A DNA stretch of 59,634 nucleotides, the filler included, from Asterionella formosa (taxonomy: Eukaryota): NCBI GenBank assembly GCA_002256025.1. It is 11 parts of 11 records of this genome, joined end to end, with 100 filler letters (N's around TTAATTAATTAA, not from the genome) between each part and the next. Parts side by side here need not be neighbours in the genome. Positions count along the whole stretch, not along the records: positions 43,472 to 48,793 come from NKIB01013118.1; positions 48,894 to 54,214 come from NKIB01013119.1; positions 54,315 to 59,634 come from NKIB01013120.1; 8 more parts are not named here. The stretch is one strand, 5' to 3'. This document shows positions 45,887-58,270 of this stretch, piece after piece. The first letter of the stretch is position 1. The number at the start of each line of letters is the position of its first letter. The notes under the pieces were generated by a model, which searched no databases, was not told the origin of the DNA, and saw nothing but the letters and a program-made list of their open reading frames with translations. The position numbers and the translations under genes are program-made.

Positions 45887-48280
45887 ATGAAAAATGATAG
45901 CAAGGATATCAAGAGAGGCAGCCCAGGTGATCACCTAATTGCACACAAACCTTCTCTCACTGCATATAAGAAGAGTATTGATGCCAACTTGCCTTTTGCT
46001 GATGAAGCAAAGGAAGATGAACAAGTACAGGACTCTGACTCTTCAAATGGAGAAGTTTGTGATGAGAAGGAACATGGTGACCACAAGGCTGGGCGAGGGC
46101 ATAACATTACATACCAGGTTTCTTCCAAGGAGGTGGTGGTTGAGCATGAAGAACCAGCACCTCCAACCCATCCTGGAGCTGTTGCGGTAGGAGGGAGTGG
46201 TTATGCAACGTCAAGTTCTGAAAATGAAAGGTTTTTAGATGAGTCCCATGGAATCGATGAACAACCACTTGCCATTCATGGCATAGAGGAAGGCCAACAC
46301 CAGCAGGAGGCCATTGATTCCTTTCTTCCTACTTCTATGCATACCACTGTGGTGGCCACCAATACTGAGGCTGAAGCAAAGGCCCAACGTCACCATAGCA
46401 TGATAAACATCATGATATCTTGTGGACTCACAAGTCCTGTTGCCATTGTAGCTGTTGTCCTCGCAGTTGTGCTTACTCAGAACAACAAACTTAATAATCC
46501 AACATCATATGTTCCAGACAATCAAACATTGGCTCCCACAGTTGTAATTCCCTCTACACCATTGTTCTTGTTTTTTTCTAACAACTCCTTTGATAATGGG
46601 GCTGCACTTTTAACTTATGGCACGCCACAACAGCAGGCTATGGTCTGGTTGGAAAGTGAGAAAGGTACATCAGAAATCAATGTTACTGATGAGTTGCTCC
46701 AAATCTATGCCTTGGTGACTATTTATTATGCAACCTCTGGAGACCAGTGGCTCAACCGTGGTTCTAACGATGACAGTGGCAGAACATTGTGGCTATTGAG
46801 CAATAATTATTGTGATTGGCTTGGATTGATATGTGTTAATAGAAGCCAGGTCATTTCAATGAATTTGACGTACAATAACTTAATGGGATCCATTCCCCTG
46901 GAAATTGGTCTTTTGTCAAGTTTAAGTAAGTTAACATACCCGGCAAAAACAAAAACAAATAATGAAGATTGCTCACTAATCATTTCATATCAAAGAAATT
47001 ATTGATTTTTCATCAAATGCCATAGATGGATCACTACCAAGTGAACTGGGTCTACTGACAAGTATAATATGGTTGTCTGTAACTAATAATACGCTTACTG
47101 GCACACTTCCAATGGAGCTTGGACAGTTGACCAACCTCACACTATTGGATGTGCATGAAAACAAGTTGACTGGAACAATTCCAACAGAAAGTGGCCAATT
47201 GACTAATCTTATTCGATTTTGGCTATCAAGAAATTTTTTGATAGGAACACTTCCTACTGAGATTGGATTCTTGACAGGTCTACTACAATTGCCATTATAT
47301 AAGAACAAGTTGACCGGAACACTTCCAACAGAAATTGGCAATTTGAAAAATCTCACTCTTTTAGATGTAAACATAAACAATTTCAATGGAACACTTCCTA
47401 CAGAGATTGGATTCCTGACAAGTCTAATTGCTTTGTCATTGTCTGATAACAAGTTGACTGGGAAACTTCCAACAGAAATTGGCCAATTGACTAACCTTGT
47501 TGGTTTTTCATTAAAAAATAATTTTTTGACAGGATCACTTCAAACTGAGATTGGATTCTTGATAGGTCTTTCAATATTGAATGTAGTTGATAATCAGTTG
47601 ACTGGTGCACTTCCGACAGAAATCGGCAATTTGACAAGCCTCATGGAATTTGGAGCCTACAGCAACCATTTCAATGATACACTTCCTACAGAGATTGGAT
47701 TCTTGACAAGTATGACCTTATTGTATCTACATGATAATCAATTGACTGGTGCACTTCCAACAGAAATTGGCAATTTGACAAGCCTCATAGAATTTGGAGC
47801 CTACAGCAACCATTTCAATGGTACACTTCCTACAGAGATTGGATTCTTGACAAGTCTAACATTATTGTATATCTATAACAATTCATTCACTGGTACCATT
47901 CCATCAGAGTTTGGCAATTTGGAAAACATTGCAACTATTGATGCAAGCACAAACAAGTTCAATGGTACACTTCTTACAGAGATTGGACTCTTGACAGTCT
48001 GACATTATTGCATCTATATGATAATCATTTGGCTGGTGTACTTCCAGCAGAAATTGGCAATTTGACAAGTCTAACAGATTTTCAGATTCATTCCAATATG
48101 TTTACTGGTGTGATTCCCACAGAAATTGGTCTCATGTCTTCATTGAGTAAGTTTTGTTTATCTGAAACTTACATTTCTTCACCATTTGTTCTAAAATTTC
48201 ACTTTCTTGACAGCCACATTAAATTTTGGAAAGAACAATTTTACAGGGCCAGTTCCAACAGAAGCATGTAAAATACCTGG
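45887..48280 (+). pseudogene. Diatom-type single-TM LRR receptor-like protein (24-aa plant-specific LRRs); exons 45887-46925, 46996-48146, 48214-~48280; frameshift near 47998; 3' end replaced
   Basis: PGAVAV, TM VAIVAVVLAVVL, PQQQAMVWL, YALVTIYYATSGDQW, CDWLGLIC, then LxxNxLTGTLPTEIG repeats. Phase-1 GT-AG introns. A 1-nt deletion (ACAGTCTGA versus repeat ACAAGTCTA) creates a TGA. Confidence 0.87.
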
Positions 48281-48793
48281 CCGTATGGCCTCATGTGGTG
48301 TGCCTAGTTCATTGAACAGTGTTCTGATCATTTCCATCTCTGTCTTGCAAGTCCAAAGTGGTTTTCCCAATAGCAGCTCTCTCATGACACAGCCAGCTCC
48401 CCAAATGTCGATAGACTCATCATACCTGGAGGCACCCAACAACAGCTCTGGTGGTCGATACCACAATGATATCACCTTGGGGCTCAATGGTACTTTGTAC
48501 TTGCGACTCAGTCCAAAGTCTGCTAATTTCAGCTCACCATTATATAACAAATTGGCGAGCTTTAAATCACGATGTAATATGTTACGAGCATGTATAAATT
48601 CCAGCGCTGAGAGGAGAAATCACGATGTAATATGTTACGAGCATGTATAAATTCCAGCGCTGAGAGGAGTTGCAACAAGAGACGCTTGACTTGACGCAGA
48701 GAAAACGGTGACTTGCGATGTATCTGATAGTGCTGATCAACTAGCTGAGCCAGATCATGAGGGCAGTAGTCAAACACGAGAAATACAGCTGAG
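48275..48793 (-). pseudogene. Cyclin-dependent kinase fragment (CDK10/11-like) with a 53-bp internal duplication
   Basis: FLVFDYCPHDL, ILHRDLKLANLL, LKLADFGLSR, LWYRPPELLLGA, IDIWGAGC. 48564-48616 is duplicated at 48617-48669. The C-lobe is truncated. Confidence 0.85.
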
Positions 48794-48893
48794 NNNNNNN
48801 NNNNNNNNNNNNNNNNNNNNNNNNNNNNNNNNNNNNNTTAATTAATTAANNNNNNNNNNNNNNNNNNNNNNNNNNNNNNNNNNNNNNNNNNNN
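48794..48893. other. Artificial contig linker
   Basis: N44-TTAATTAATTAA-N44. Confidence 0.98.
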
Positions 48894-51635
48894 GAACGAT
48901 GGAAGAACCTCAGCCAAGAGGCTCTGTATGTCTAAAAGCAAGATCATGGCTACCCGGTAACAATCGAAACCATGCATGATGGAACTACTACCAGTATCTA
49001 TACACGGGTCGTGCATGTGTTCGACCATCACTTGTTACATATGTACCGTTAGTCGTCAAGCTCCAGCTGTCAAAAAATGTCTTGTCTGTGCTCTGCTGGC
49101 TGATGGACTGATGGTTTGGTTTGCTTCTTACATAGCGTTTCGACATATCAGCCTCTGGAAGTATACTACCTGGTACCTGTTACGTTGTATGGATGCATGC
49201 GCGCTTCTGTAATGGCCAAGACAAGTGAATTTGTCGATTGACAAGCTAATACAACCATTGTTTCCGATCACATTGCTGAACTAGGAGGATTCTTGTAGAG
49301 CAAAGAAATCACAATGAGAATAGCGCTTCTGATCAGAACAACAGCCATTTTTGCATGGCCCACTTCTATTTATCAAAATTTTGTTCAAAACGTCATTCCC
49401 ATTGTCTATTAAAACATTAAAAGTACCTAGGAAGTGATATTGTTCTTGGTTGAATCTGGCAAGTTTACGAAAGTCTTCTACAGTACTACAGCGCTGATCA
49501 CAAAATCTGGTGGTATTCAAGCTACAGGGACCTTTTCTTTCCAATAGTTAATAATTCTTAGAAACGAATGATTCACCACGACGAAAGGCGCTATCCAAGA
49601 GGCCAACCAAGCAAAGAATGAACAAATCATTCATGTGGGACAAAACCATAAGATAGGAATTCAATCTGAAAGAAAGAGAATGCAGAAAAGGAGGATGAGA
49701 TGGAAATGCAGACAAAGCTTATTGCAGGAGCAGTGAAAAACGACGATTGCACGGACGTTGATTTGGTTGATTTGGCATTTGACATAGACGCAACAGTTGG
49801 TGAATTCATGACAATGGTATCAAAAAAACTCAAAAGAAGACGAACCAGCCAGGCAAATACATAACAAGAGAAAGGAAAAAGAAAAAGAAGTTTAATTCCT
49901 TTTTCACTACAGTTAGCGCCATTACAGTGCAAAAAGAAGAATACAAGCAAGAACGGCCGGCGATGTGCTAAACATTGACAAGAGCAAAGAAGACAGAGAA
50001 ATAAAAAAAATTACTGAAGAAGAAATTGCACCAGAGCTGGATGTGCTGCTCAAAAATAATTTTTTGTGATGTAGAAGACAACGAAGATAGCGAGAAGACA
50101 AAGACAAAAAAATGAGTTGGAAGCCCTGGAATCACCAATTGTTATGGATACTCCAAATTGAACCATCAGAAGTGGGGCCAAAATGAAAATCTTTAACCTA
50201 ATCCACACTCACCATACAATTCTCCGGCTGACATGAGAAGTGCAGTCATAGAGAACTGAACCAAGAACGAAGCTACCACAAAAAATTTAACTACTTCCAC
50301 ACAAGGAAATGAGGTCCAACACCCAAACCTTCCACCGCCCCACCTTATATGTGCCATGGATTGTAATGACGGCAACTTCTAGAAATAGAATACTAAGAAT
50401 GCGCTATAAAAATGGTTAAAATATAATTTCTAGAGTATCTTCATTATCTTGTGTAGGTTCTACATGGCTCTGTTGTGCTGGAATAAAAAAATTGATTTGA
50501 CCTACAGAATGATTGTGTTGAGTACTGCATACACACTGTGTGAGATTTCAAAACTGTTCATAACATTGCCTTTGAATTGTTCATCTCTAAATTAGCTAGA
50601 TGAAAATATGTTGCATCGGTGACTTCAGCTTTTTTTGTCAATATTAACGTGATTACATGTAATTACAATACTGTAATTCTTTTACGATTATATTGTCTAT
50701 GTTTTGATTTTTTTTCGTGTAAATATTTGCTAGTTTTGTCATGGTCAAGGCTGAGACAACACAACAATGGAAGACACTCCAGTCGCTCATCACAACTAAA
50801 CTTTAGTATTTTATATACACGCACCAGGATACAAAGAATCGCATCGTTTTAGCAAAATAATATTATACTAGCGCCTGTGAGGGCTAATAGTACCTCGGAT
50901 ACCTGAGCATGATTCCAGTAATACCGGTAAAAATAGGCCTACACAAAAAGCAACCTTGCTTATAATTGAAAAACAATATGTTTTCTCTTCTAGTACACAT
51001 GTGAAATATTTGGGTGCATATCACCAAATGTACATGGGGGAACAGGACATGGAGGAACAGGAATACGGGATTTGCAGTAGTATGAAATGCTTGTTAACTT
51101 GGAGATTTCTGGAATAAGGATCCTTGGCACTCTGAGTTGAAATTGGGGGGTGGGGTATCAGGGATGGTAATGATACCAAAAATTCCTTCCATGGGCTTCC
51201 GAATGACAATTCTCATGTTGGGCGGAAGCTGTATGTCAGCGAAGTTGGTTGGCACTGGAACACCACTACTTCCCCAGGTAGACCCGGCATGCCAGTCAAG
51301 AATATCAGTGTCGAAATGAGGAAATTTTGTTCGAGCCGAGGTAACAGGACTTGGTGGATCGGACCCCAAATCCAAAATGCCCAATTGATGCAAGGTTTGA
51401 GAAACTGGTTGTTAAGAAAATCATTCTTTAAACTTGATTTTTATGCATTGAAATAAATCGGGCCAGCGTGAAACCAGATTAGAAATTTCTGATGCATGTT
51501 GATGTAATTTTACTATAGGAGTTGAATTTGAGTGTCTGTCCAAAGCCAAATAGTCACTTTCGGCAAAATGACCGCAAATTGCTCCTGGTATCCGGTGGTC
51601 TACTGGTATATGTGTGTAGGTCCAGTAGAATACTG

Positions 51636-51685
51636 TATACTTCGGGTCCTGGAACCCCCCCCCGCGCGGGCGGGGGGGGTGGGGG
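51636..51685 (+). repeat. Family-A-like terminus with C9/G8 GC hairpin
   Basis: TATACTTCGGGTCCTGGAA-C9-GCGCGGGC-G8-TGGGGG. Confidence 0.55.
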
Positions 51686-52185
51686 CAGGACTCAATTTGA
51701 CTGATTTTACCGAAGGGGGGTCTTCCCTTATACATGTAGAGTAAATTTTATTAGTTCTACTGGGCGGAAAATTCCTGGGATCCAGGGAAATGGTATCAGG
51801 TACCTCCTTTTTATGATGATATGATACTGCCAGTACTCTGTCCTCTGTGCCAGATACTATCTAAAGCTATACAATCACCTTTTCATCTAAGTGTCGTAGC
51901 CAGCTCATAGGAACTGGTGAAGGGGGATGATAGTGATGATGCGATGGATTGCCAAGTATGAGAGTTGCTGTATCGGCAGTATTTTGTGAACCTAAAATGA
52001 AAGTTCTAGACAAATTGAAATTGTTATAGTTGATTGTGTAATTCAAATTATTGTCATACTGGATCAATAAACCATGTACAATATGGGATTACGTTTGCCT
52101 GCACTTGGCATGATGGATGAAGGTGAAGGTAAATCGAAATGACAAAGGAACATTGCTTCTGATGGTGCTGCTGCTGCTTGCTTGC

Positions 52186-52872
52186 TTAGCAACACGTTTT
52201 CTTCTCACGTGCATAGGTTGACCTACTCATCGTTTTGGAGGCTTTGAGCTCATAAATCAACATAAGGTGGGGATATATGAAGAAACATCCAAAAAGAAAA
52301 CTCATAAAGACAAGCACTCCAGAGATATTGGCCCGCACATAGAAACTAGTAGACACGACAAGCTCAATCACCAACCAAATGGCATTCGACAGTACAAGCC
52401 AAGCGTTGAACTTGATTGCACCAATAAGAGCAGCAATACTGAAGCCAATGGAGAATAACCCGACAACAATAGTTGATACTGTCAAAGGCGGGGAATAGTT
52501 ACTGTCTTCGTTGTAGTCACTGTTTTCATTTCCAGCAATGACTGCCATCCTGATGATAGTGATGACAATAAGGATGATGTTGATAATGATGGTAGCCCTG
52601 CGCATATCACAGCAGCAGTAACAAAACAAACGTCCTTGCTTAGGACCGGACATATCATCGTTATCCTCAGTTTTTCCTGGATCGAGACGAGTAGAAGTGG
52701 ATTCAGATGCATTAGTAGTAGCAGCCGGCTTCATATAACCCATTTCCTCGACATCCTGCTCATGTGTGCCCATCGCCACTGGTATTCCTTGTGCAAATGG
52801 TAGGGAGTAAACTGATGCCTCATCGTTAGCCTCGATATCAACCACCACTGGTACATTGTCGATTTTTTTCAT
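52186..52872 (-). CDS. Four-TM membrane protein with Cys-rich juxtamembrane motifs (LAPTM-like topology)
   Basis: CYCCCDMRRATIIINII, four hydrophobic segments, YPH..E..M..Y..E..CC terminus. Start could be 52872 or 52911. Confidence 0.8.
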   Translation of the reverse strand: MKKIDNVPVVVDIEANDEASVYSLPFAQGIPVAMGTHEQDVEEMGYMKPAATTNASESTSTRLDPGKTEDNDDMSGPKQGRLFCYCCCDMRRATIIINIILIVITIIRMAVIAGNENSDYNEDSNYSPPLTVSTIVVGLFSIGFSIAALIGAIKFNAWLVLSNAIWLVIELVVSTSFYVRANISGVLVFMSFLFGCFFIYPHLMLIYELKASKTMSRSTYAREKKTCC

Positions 52873-52962
52873 GATGATTTTTTGAGTTTTTTGAAGAGAA
52901 TTTGTGAGCATTATGTAATACTCAGTTTGATCGCCTGTCCGAACATAAAGAGGAACATCACA

Positions 52963-53650
52963 GTACCTGGTAGCTAGACATGGTACCAGGTACCGGTACC
53001 AGTACTTGTTTTGTCATATCGGTAGGCTACCGATAGTACCAGGGTACCAGGTAACCTGGTACCTGGTACCCGATAACAGAACCTGGTACCTGGTACCTGG
53101 TACCTGGTACCTGGTACTGATACCCTAGTCCATTGCACATCATCAGGAGCATGAATGCTACATGAGCTGATGCACATCATCACGACTGGCACCATGCCTT
53201 ATGATACCAGATACCGGGGTACCAGGTCCCATGACTGAAACCTGGGTCGTGATCTCGTCTACCAGTCCCGGGTTACCGCGTAGAACATAATGCCGGTAGT
53301 ATTGTACCAAGTACCAGGTACCTGAGACCTGGTACCTGGTAGCAGGTACCGGTACTCCGTACGTCATAGGTACTACCGGTGACAAATCAGATCATTTCCC
53401 AATTGCTGCGCGCTTGCTTAGCTGGAGAACATGTAGGTTTAGGTACCAGGGTACCGGTAGCTATGTAGTAGCTGGTACCTGGTACCTGGTACTCCCACCA
53501 GGTACGCCCTCCCTTCATGACTCGCATGTGTTACTGGATGCATCATTGCATCATGATGAGTGAAACCTGCCCCCTGGGTCATGATTCTTGAAATCGCAAC
53601 CGAGTTGTTACACACTACCAGGTACCTGGTACTGGTACCAGGTACCAGTA
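52963..53650. repeat. Palindromic TACC(A/T)GG / TACCGG satellite cluster
   Basis: For example (ACCTGGT)5 at about 53081-53115, with many GGTACCAGGTACC and TACCGGTA copies. Confidence 0.9.
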
Positions 53651-53654
53651 AAGA

Positions 53655-53859
53655 ACTGCTGTGACCCACTGAGTTCTCCTATTCGTTTGATTAGTTCGAC
53701 TACACCTTTTCCATGCCTTGCGAGAATCAAACTTCCAGGTCTTGTTAACCAAAGGAGTCAGCAGGTTGTGGATCTGTCGGTATTCTCATTGAAGGTCGAG
53801 GTACTGAGATACGAACCCTTTTATGTGGACAAAATTTGCCGGTAATGGGTCACAGCAGT
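53655..53859. repeat. 205-bp unit bounded by perfect 14-bp inverted repeats (MITE-like or transposon subterminal)
   Basis: ACTGCTGTGACCCA at 53655-53668 and TGGGTCACAGCAGT at 53846-53859. Confidence 0.7.
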
Positions 53860-54039
53860 ACTTAAATTTTTATCTATAATTGTATATAATTTTATATACC
53901 ATTATGATCACGGATTACCCCGTTTGGTTTTCGCAAAATTATTTTTAAGAATTTTCGCATCCAGTATTAATATCACTATCACACGCAAATGCATTCAGCC
54001 ACATGAAATGCTTGCGCCTATCAACACCACTGCAATATC

Positions 54040-54214
54040 GCCCTCATCCCTACTAAGCTCCTGCCCTCCCACAAGCACAACATCAACAGGCCGAATTGGA
54101 TATGGAGAATCCTTTTCTCCATGGCAACAAGTCTCCAAATATCTTGCCAACAAGTTCTGTCTGGTTATTGGAAGCGGCGCATCGCCGTTGCGCTTGTACC
54201 ATGTCACCACTGTT
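54040..54214 (-). mobile_element. Probable C-terminal tail of a DNA transposase
   Basis: VTWYKRNGDAPLPITRQNLLARYLET resembles a helical tail recalled from stramenopile transposases. It lies just inside the inverted-repeat unit and is cut by the contig end. Confidence 0.35.
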
Positions 54215-54314
54215 NNNNNNNNNNNNNNNNNNNNNNNNNNNNNNNNNNNNNNNNNNNNTTAATTAATTAANNNNNNNNNNNNNNNNNNNNNNNNNNNNNN
54301 NNNNNNNNNNNNNN
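54215..54314. other. Artificial contig linker
   Basis: N44-TTAATTAATTAA-N44. Confidence 0.98.
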
Positions 54315-54949
54315 GACTTCATCTTTGTACCAACAGAACCTACAATCTACATGAAAAAACCTGGCGCAGTCTTACTTCGTCGGGAAAAATTTTGATGCTA
54401 CAAGTGTGACCTTAAACAAATATCGGTATGACAAGAAGGAGAGGACACAGCCAGTGGTTACTCTTTATATATTCACAGTACGAACGCCATATTCTATTGT
54501 AATAAGGGGAATACGGGAAGCAATGCTGGTAGTCCAAACCTACAGTTCCACAGTATGCAAGTAGAAATGAGTACAGTTTCTCAGTAGGAACGATATAATT
54601 CCTATTGTAACAAGAAGGGAAAGACGGAAATACTGGTAGGGCAAACCTACAGTCTCACACTTGTAACGATGACCTGGTACCTACCAGCGAGGAGTACCTT
54701 GTGGTAGCTACCATACAGTGTAGCTATTTGTTAGTACTATGTCTGAATCCAACGTCAAAAGACCCAAGGTACAAGGTACCAGGTAACAGGTACTCCCCTG
54801 GTATTAGCCCTGGTAGTATGTATCATAGTAGCCCTGAGTAGGCCTTGTATACCGGTACCTGGTCCCAGGTACCATACCTACTATTCATTAGCTGAAGTCA
54901 ACACACTCAGCATCACGATGCCATTCCAGACATAAGCACAATACACCAG

Positions 54950-55550
54950 GTATGTAATCCATAAATTTTGTATCTTCAGCCAAAGTGTCTGGCTTTTCAT
55001 GAACATCTACAAAGTAGTGCTTTTGTCGAGGTTTGTGTATAAATCCAACTGCTGCCATCCATTGAACCATTCCAGATACATCAAAGAAAACGCTCCTGTC
55101 ATCAAAAGCAAAGAACTGATATGATGACAAAGGAAATCTAATGAGACATGAAAATTTCAAAACCAGAATCACTCTGTTACTATGCATACATAGACAGTCT
55201 CTTGCTTCTTTGTGCATCTCGCCTCCTATGCTGCATTTCAATTCTAAATGTATTATGTTCTCGTTAGAGAGACGATGTAACATAGAAGTAGATTGTGCTG
55301 TCGTTCTATAATGGATGTTGTTTAGCTATGATTGAGGTTGTAACACTCATCAATGCTCTGGTGACAGACCGGAAACATTCGTGTTGTGTGATGAGCCATT
55401 TCGTTTTCATTGGATTTCTTTTCAAGCGCTTAAGGGATTGCATGCGAACATACTGTGCACTGTAGATGATGATTAATCGAAGACATGTGATGACTTGCTT
55501 GAACGACAAATGAAGATTTTATCACAAACACTCGTTCCTCTCGACATGGC
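54950..55550 (-). mobile_element. Decayed Tc1/mariner-superfamily transposase, N-terminal/central part
   Basis: VQWMAAVGFIHKPRQKHYFVDVHEKPDT fits WxxxLGFxYxxxKKxYYVDGHE of the same group as 29230-29800. Confidence 0.6.
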
Positions 55551-56109
55551 TGCTTTGTCGGTGTTGCAAGAATCAGAGTGTGGAGGACTGGAGAGGATGA
55601 TGAGCCAAATTACATTAAATTGCTGGTACATTTTCCTACCAAAAAATTCAAATACAGCAATCTAATAGAAACAATACGTATAATAATTAAATATACATAT
55701 TCAAAAGGGTTACTATTTAAATTACAAGGGCATTTATCAAAATTATTAGATAATATAACGAAAAATTATGATCAGATGATCACAATCCTATGATGCATCA
55801 TGGAAATATGATGGTTTTTATTTGCAGACAAATGTCATTGCAATCACTTTTGCATTTTCAGTTGTTTATTGTTTTTGACTGTGTGCTTGAGTATGCAAAT
55901 GATGTTGGGCCATAATCAGTTCTGTTGGTGGCTTTGAGACCCTTCCAGACCTTGTAATTTTAACATTTGGGTCTCTTTCATCCTCAGTGCCTGGATTGAC
56001 TTCTCTTCTATCATTGCTTCTTCGCTTTCAGTTTCAATTTCAGGTGTTTTGTACTTATCACCCATCTCAGATCTTGATAAAATTGTAGCTCCCGCCCATT
56101 CAACTTTAC

Positions 56110-57357
56110 TGACATTTGATTGTTTTGAAGCTTGTGATGCATGATATGGGGTTGGAAGTGACAGAGTTAATCATACTCATGTCTGATGTTGTAGCCTGTG
56201 CCTCTGAATGGCTTTGTTGAGGAGCTTGGTTGATTGCCCATTCCCCTTTGGGTTTTTTCTTCTCACAACATGGCAGTGATTTCTTTCCCACTTTTCCACA
56301 GCAATGACATTTTCCTTCTAGTTGTGTGAACAACAAGTTAACGTCTTCGCCTTCCTTCTCTGCATTCTTTTGGTCCTTATCTTTATTATGATAGCCTGGA
56401 TTCTTACAAACGTCGGTCTTATTTGCTATTTCAAATATATGATTACTGAGAACATAGTTTGAATCGGTGATACTCTTTGGTTTTTGATCATTGCCAAGCG
56501 ACTGTTGAGTATTAAGCCCAATCAGAATTGATCCGTATTTTGCCTCATCCGCATTGTCAAGGTATAATTAGGCCAGGAATTGACTGAAAGCCTGTTCACG
56601 AAGTTTATCTCGCAGTTTGTAATCTGTCTTGTTACACCCATTCATGGCTTTGACGAACTTGGTTAGAATTATAGGTCACCCAATGTGAGAATTGAGCATG
56701 TCTCGTGTCACAAAAAACCTCTTCGTATAATCTTGTAAACTTTCTCATTCCCTCTGCTTCATAGTCAAAACCGTTCTCATCACATCTAAAATGATCAACA
56801 TTGAATTTCGATTCTTCTGATAATTTAGCGATTCTGATAATTTAGCGAGTGTTCTTTAATTGCAATGAGTAATGTTATTGGGTTATTCTTGATTTTAATG
56901 CTAATCTGATCTTGCTTCAATCTTATTTTTCATGGCCTTGTTGCATCTCCTACAGAGCAACGCAAATGCCTTGGCATTATTGTTTTCATAGGTCTGCACC
57001 ATCTTGCTTTAGACATCATAATCGGCCTTAAATTCAATTTCATATTGACTTTTCTCTGTAGTTGCAGAGATCACATGTATTCTTGGCTTCCATGTCAATG
57101 TGATCGTTGGTCCTAGTAACTCGAGCACTGTTCATATGCTGTCATTGCCATGGATAGTTGAACACTTTCTTGATATAGTTAATCAATTACTCTGTAGTGG
57201 TTTCTTTGTCAGATGCCTGCTTTGCCAATCCAAGGTAGTATTTGTAGACGTTAATAGACTTCTTGTTGGTATGAGATGAATTATTGCTACCTCCCTTGGC
57301 TTGGAATTTGCCTTTGACATGCTGAGCCTTCTTAGTAAACCTTCCTTTGCCACTCAT
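56110..57357 (-). mobile_element. Ty1/copia gag pseudogene with zinc knuckle
   Basis: YYLGLAKQASD, KAFALL..CNKAMKNKIE, ESLQDYTKRF, YLDNADEAKYGSIL..LNTQQSLGNDQ.PK, KCHCCGKVG..S..C; many stops. Confidence 0.78.
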
Positions 57358-58270
57358 TTTGCGCCTTTTGCGCCTTCTTCAGACTCTGAATAGTCTGGTA
57401 CACTCAATTCTTGTCTTTGGTCTCTCCATGGTCCGCCTGATGTTGCTTCTTGTCTTTATCTTATGGCACTTCTTGCCCAGATAATTCTATAAAATCTGTT
57501 GAAATTGCATCCCGAAGCCTTATATTCTTGCTTTCTGTATCCTTTACAGATATGTCAGGGACCAAATGGGCTGTAGATATGAGCAATGGTTGATTGTAAT
57601 CGATTGTAATCATTCCTAAAAGATTTTATAGAAATACGAGTTTTAGTTGTGCTGTTGATTGTTTTCGAATTCTGATCTTGGTATTCTTTTTGATTCACTT
57701 GATTCAATGTGTATACCGGTATACACCGGTATATGCAAGTAGGTAATTTTCATCCCGGAAAGTGTTGAAATTTTTCCAATTTCTCCCTTGCCCAGCGCGC
57801 TCCAGTACTGCCCTGGAATGACTGGTCAAGATCTATCTNNNNNNNNNNNNNNNNNNNNNNNNNNNNNNNNNNNNNNNNNNNNNNNNNNNNNNNNNNNNNN
57901 NNNNNNNNNNNNNNNNNNNNNNNNNNNNNNNNNNNNNNNNNNNNNNNNNNNNNNNNNNNNNNNNNNNNNNNNNNNNNNNNNNNNNNNNNNNNNNNNNNNN
58001 NNNNNNNNNNNNNNNNNNNNNNNNNNNNNNNNNNNNNNNNNNNNNNNNNNNNNNNNNNNNNNNNNNNNNNNNNNNNNNNNNNNNNNNNNNNNNNNNNNNN
58101 NNNNNNNNNNNNNNNNNNNNNNNNNNNNNNNNNNNNNNNNNNNNNNNNNNNNNNNNNNNNNNNNNNNNNNNNNNNNNNNNNNNNNNNNNNNNNNNNNNNN
58201 NNNNNNNNNNNNNNNNNNTTCGTTAATTCATCTTGCACTGGCTGATCACTTTAGTACGGCGTGCGAATCT

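Noticed and set aside
48894..51420. Decayed ORF-like stretches
   Set aside because: No family assignable by eye.
5342..54314. Regular ~5.4-kb periodicity of TTAATTAATTAA flanked by Ns
   Set aside because: Artificial concatenation linker. The contigs are length-sorted, so the periodicity and any cross-linker gene clusters are not biological.
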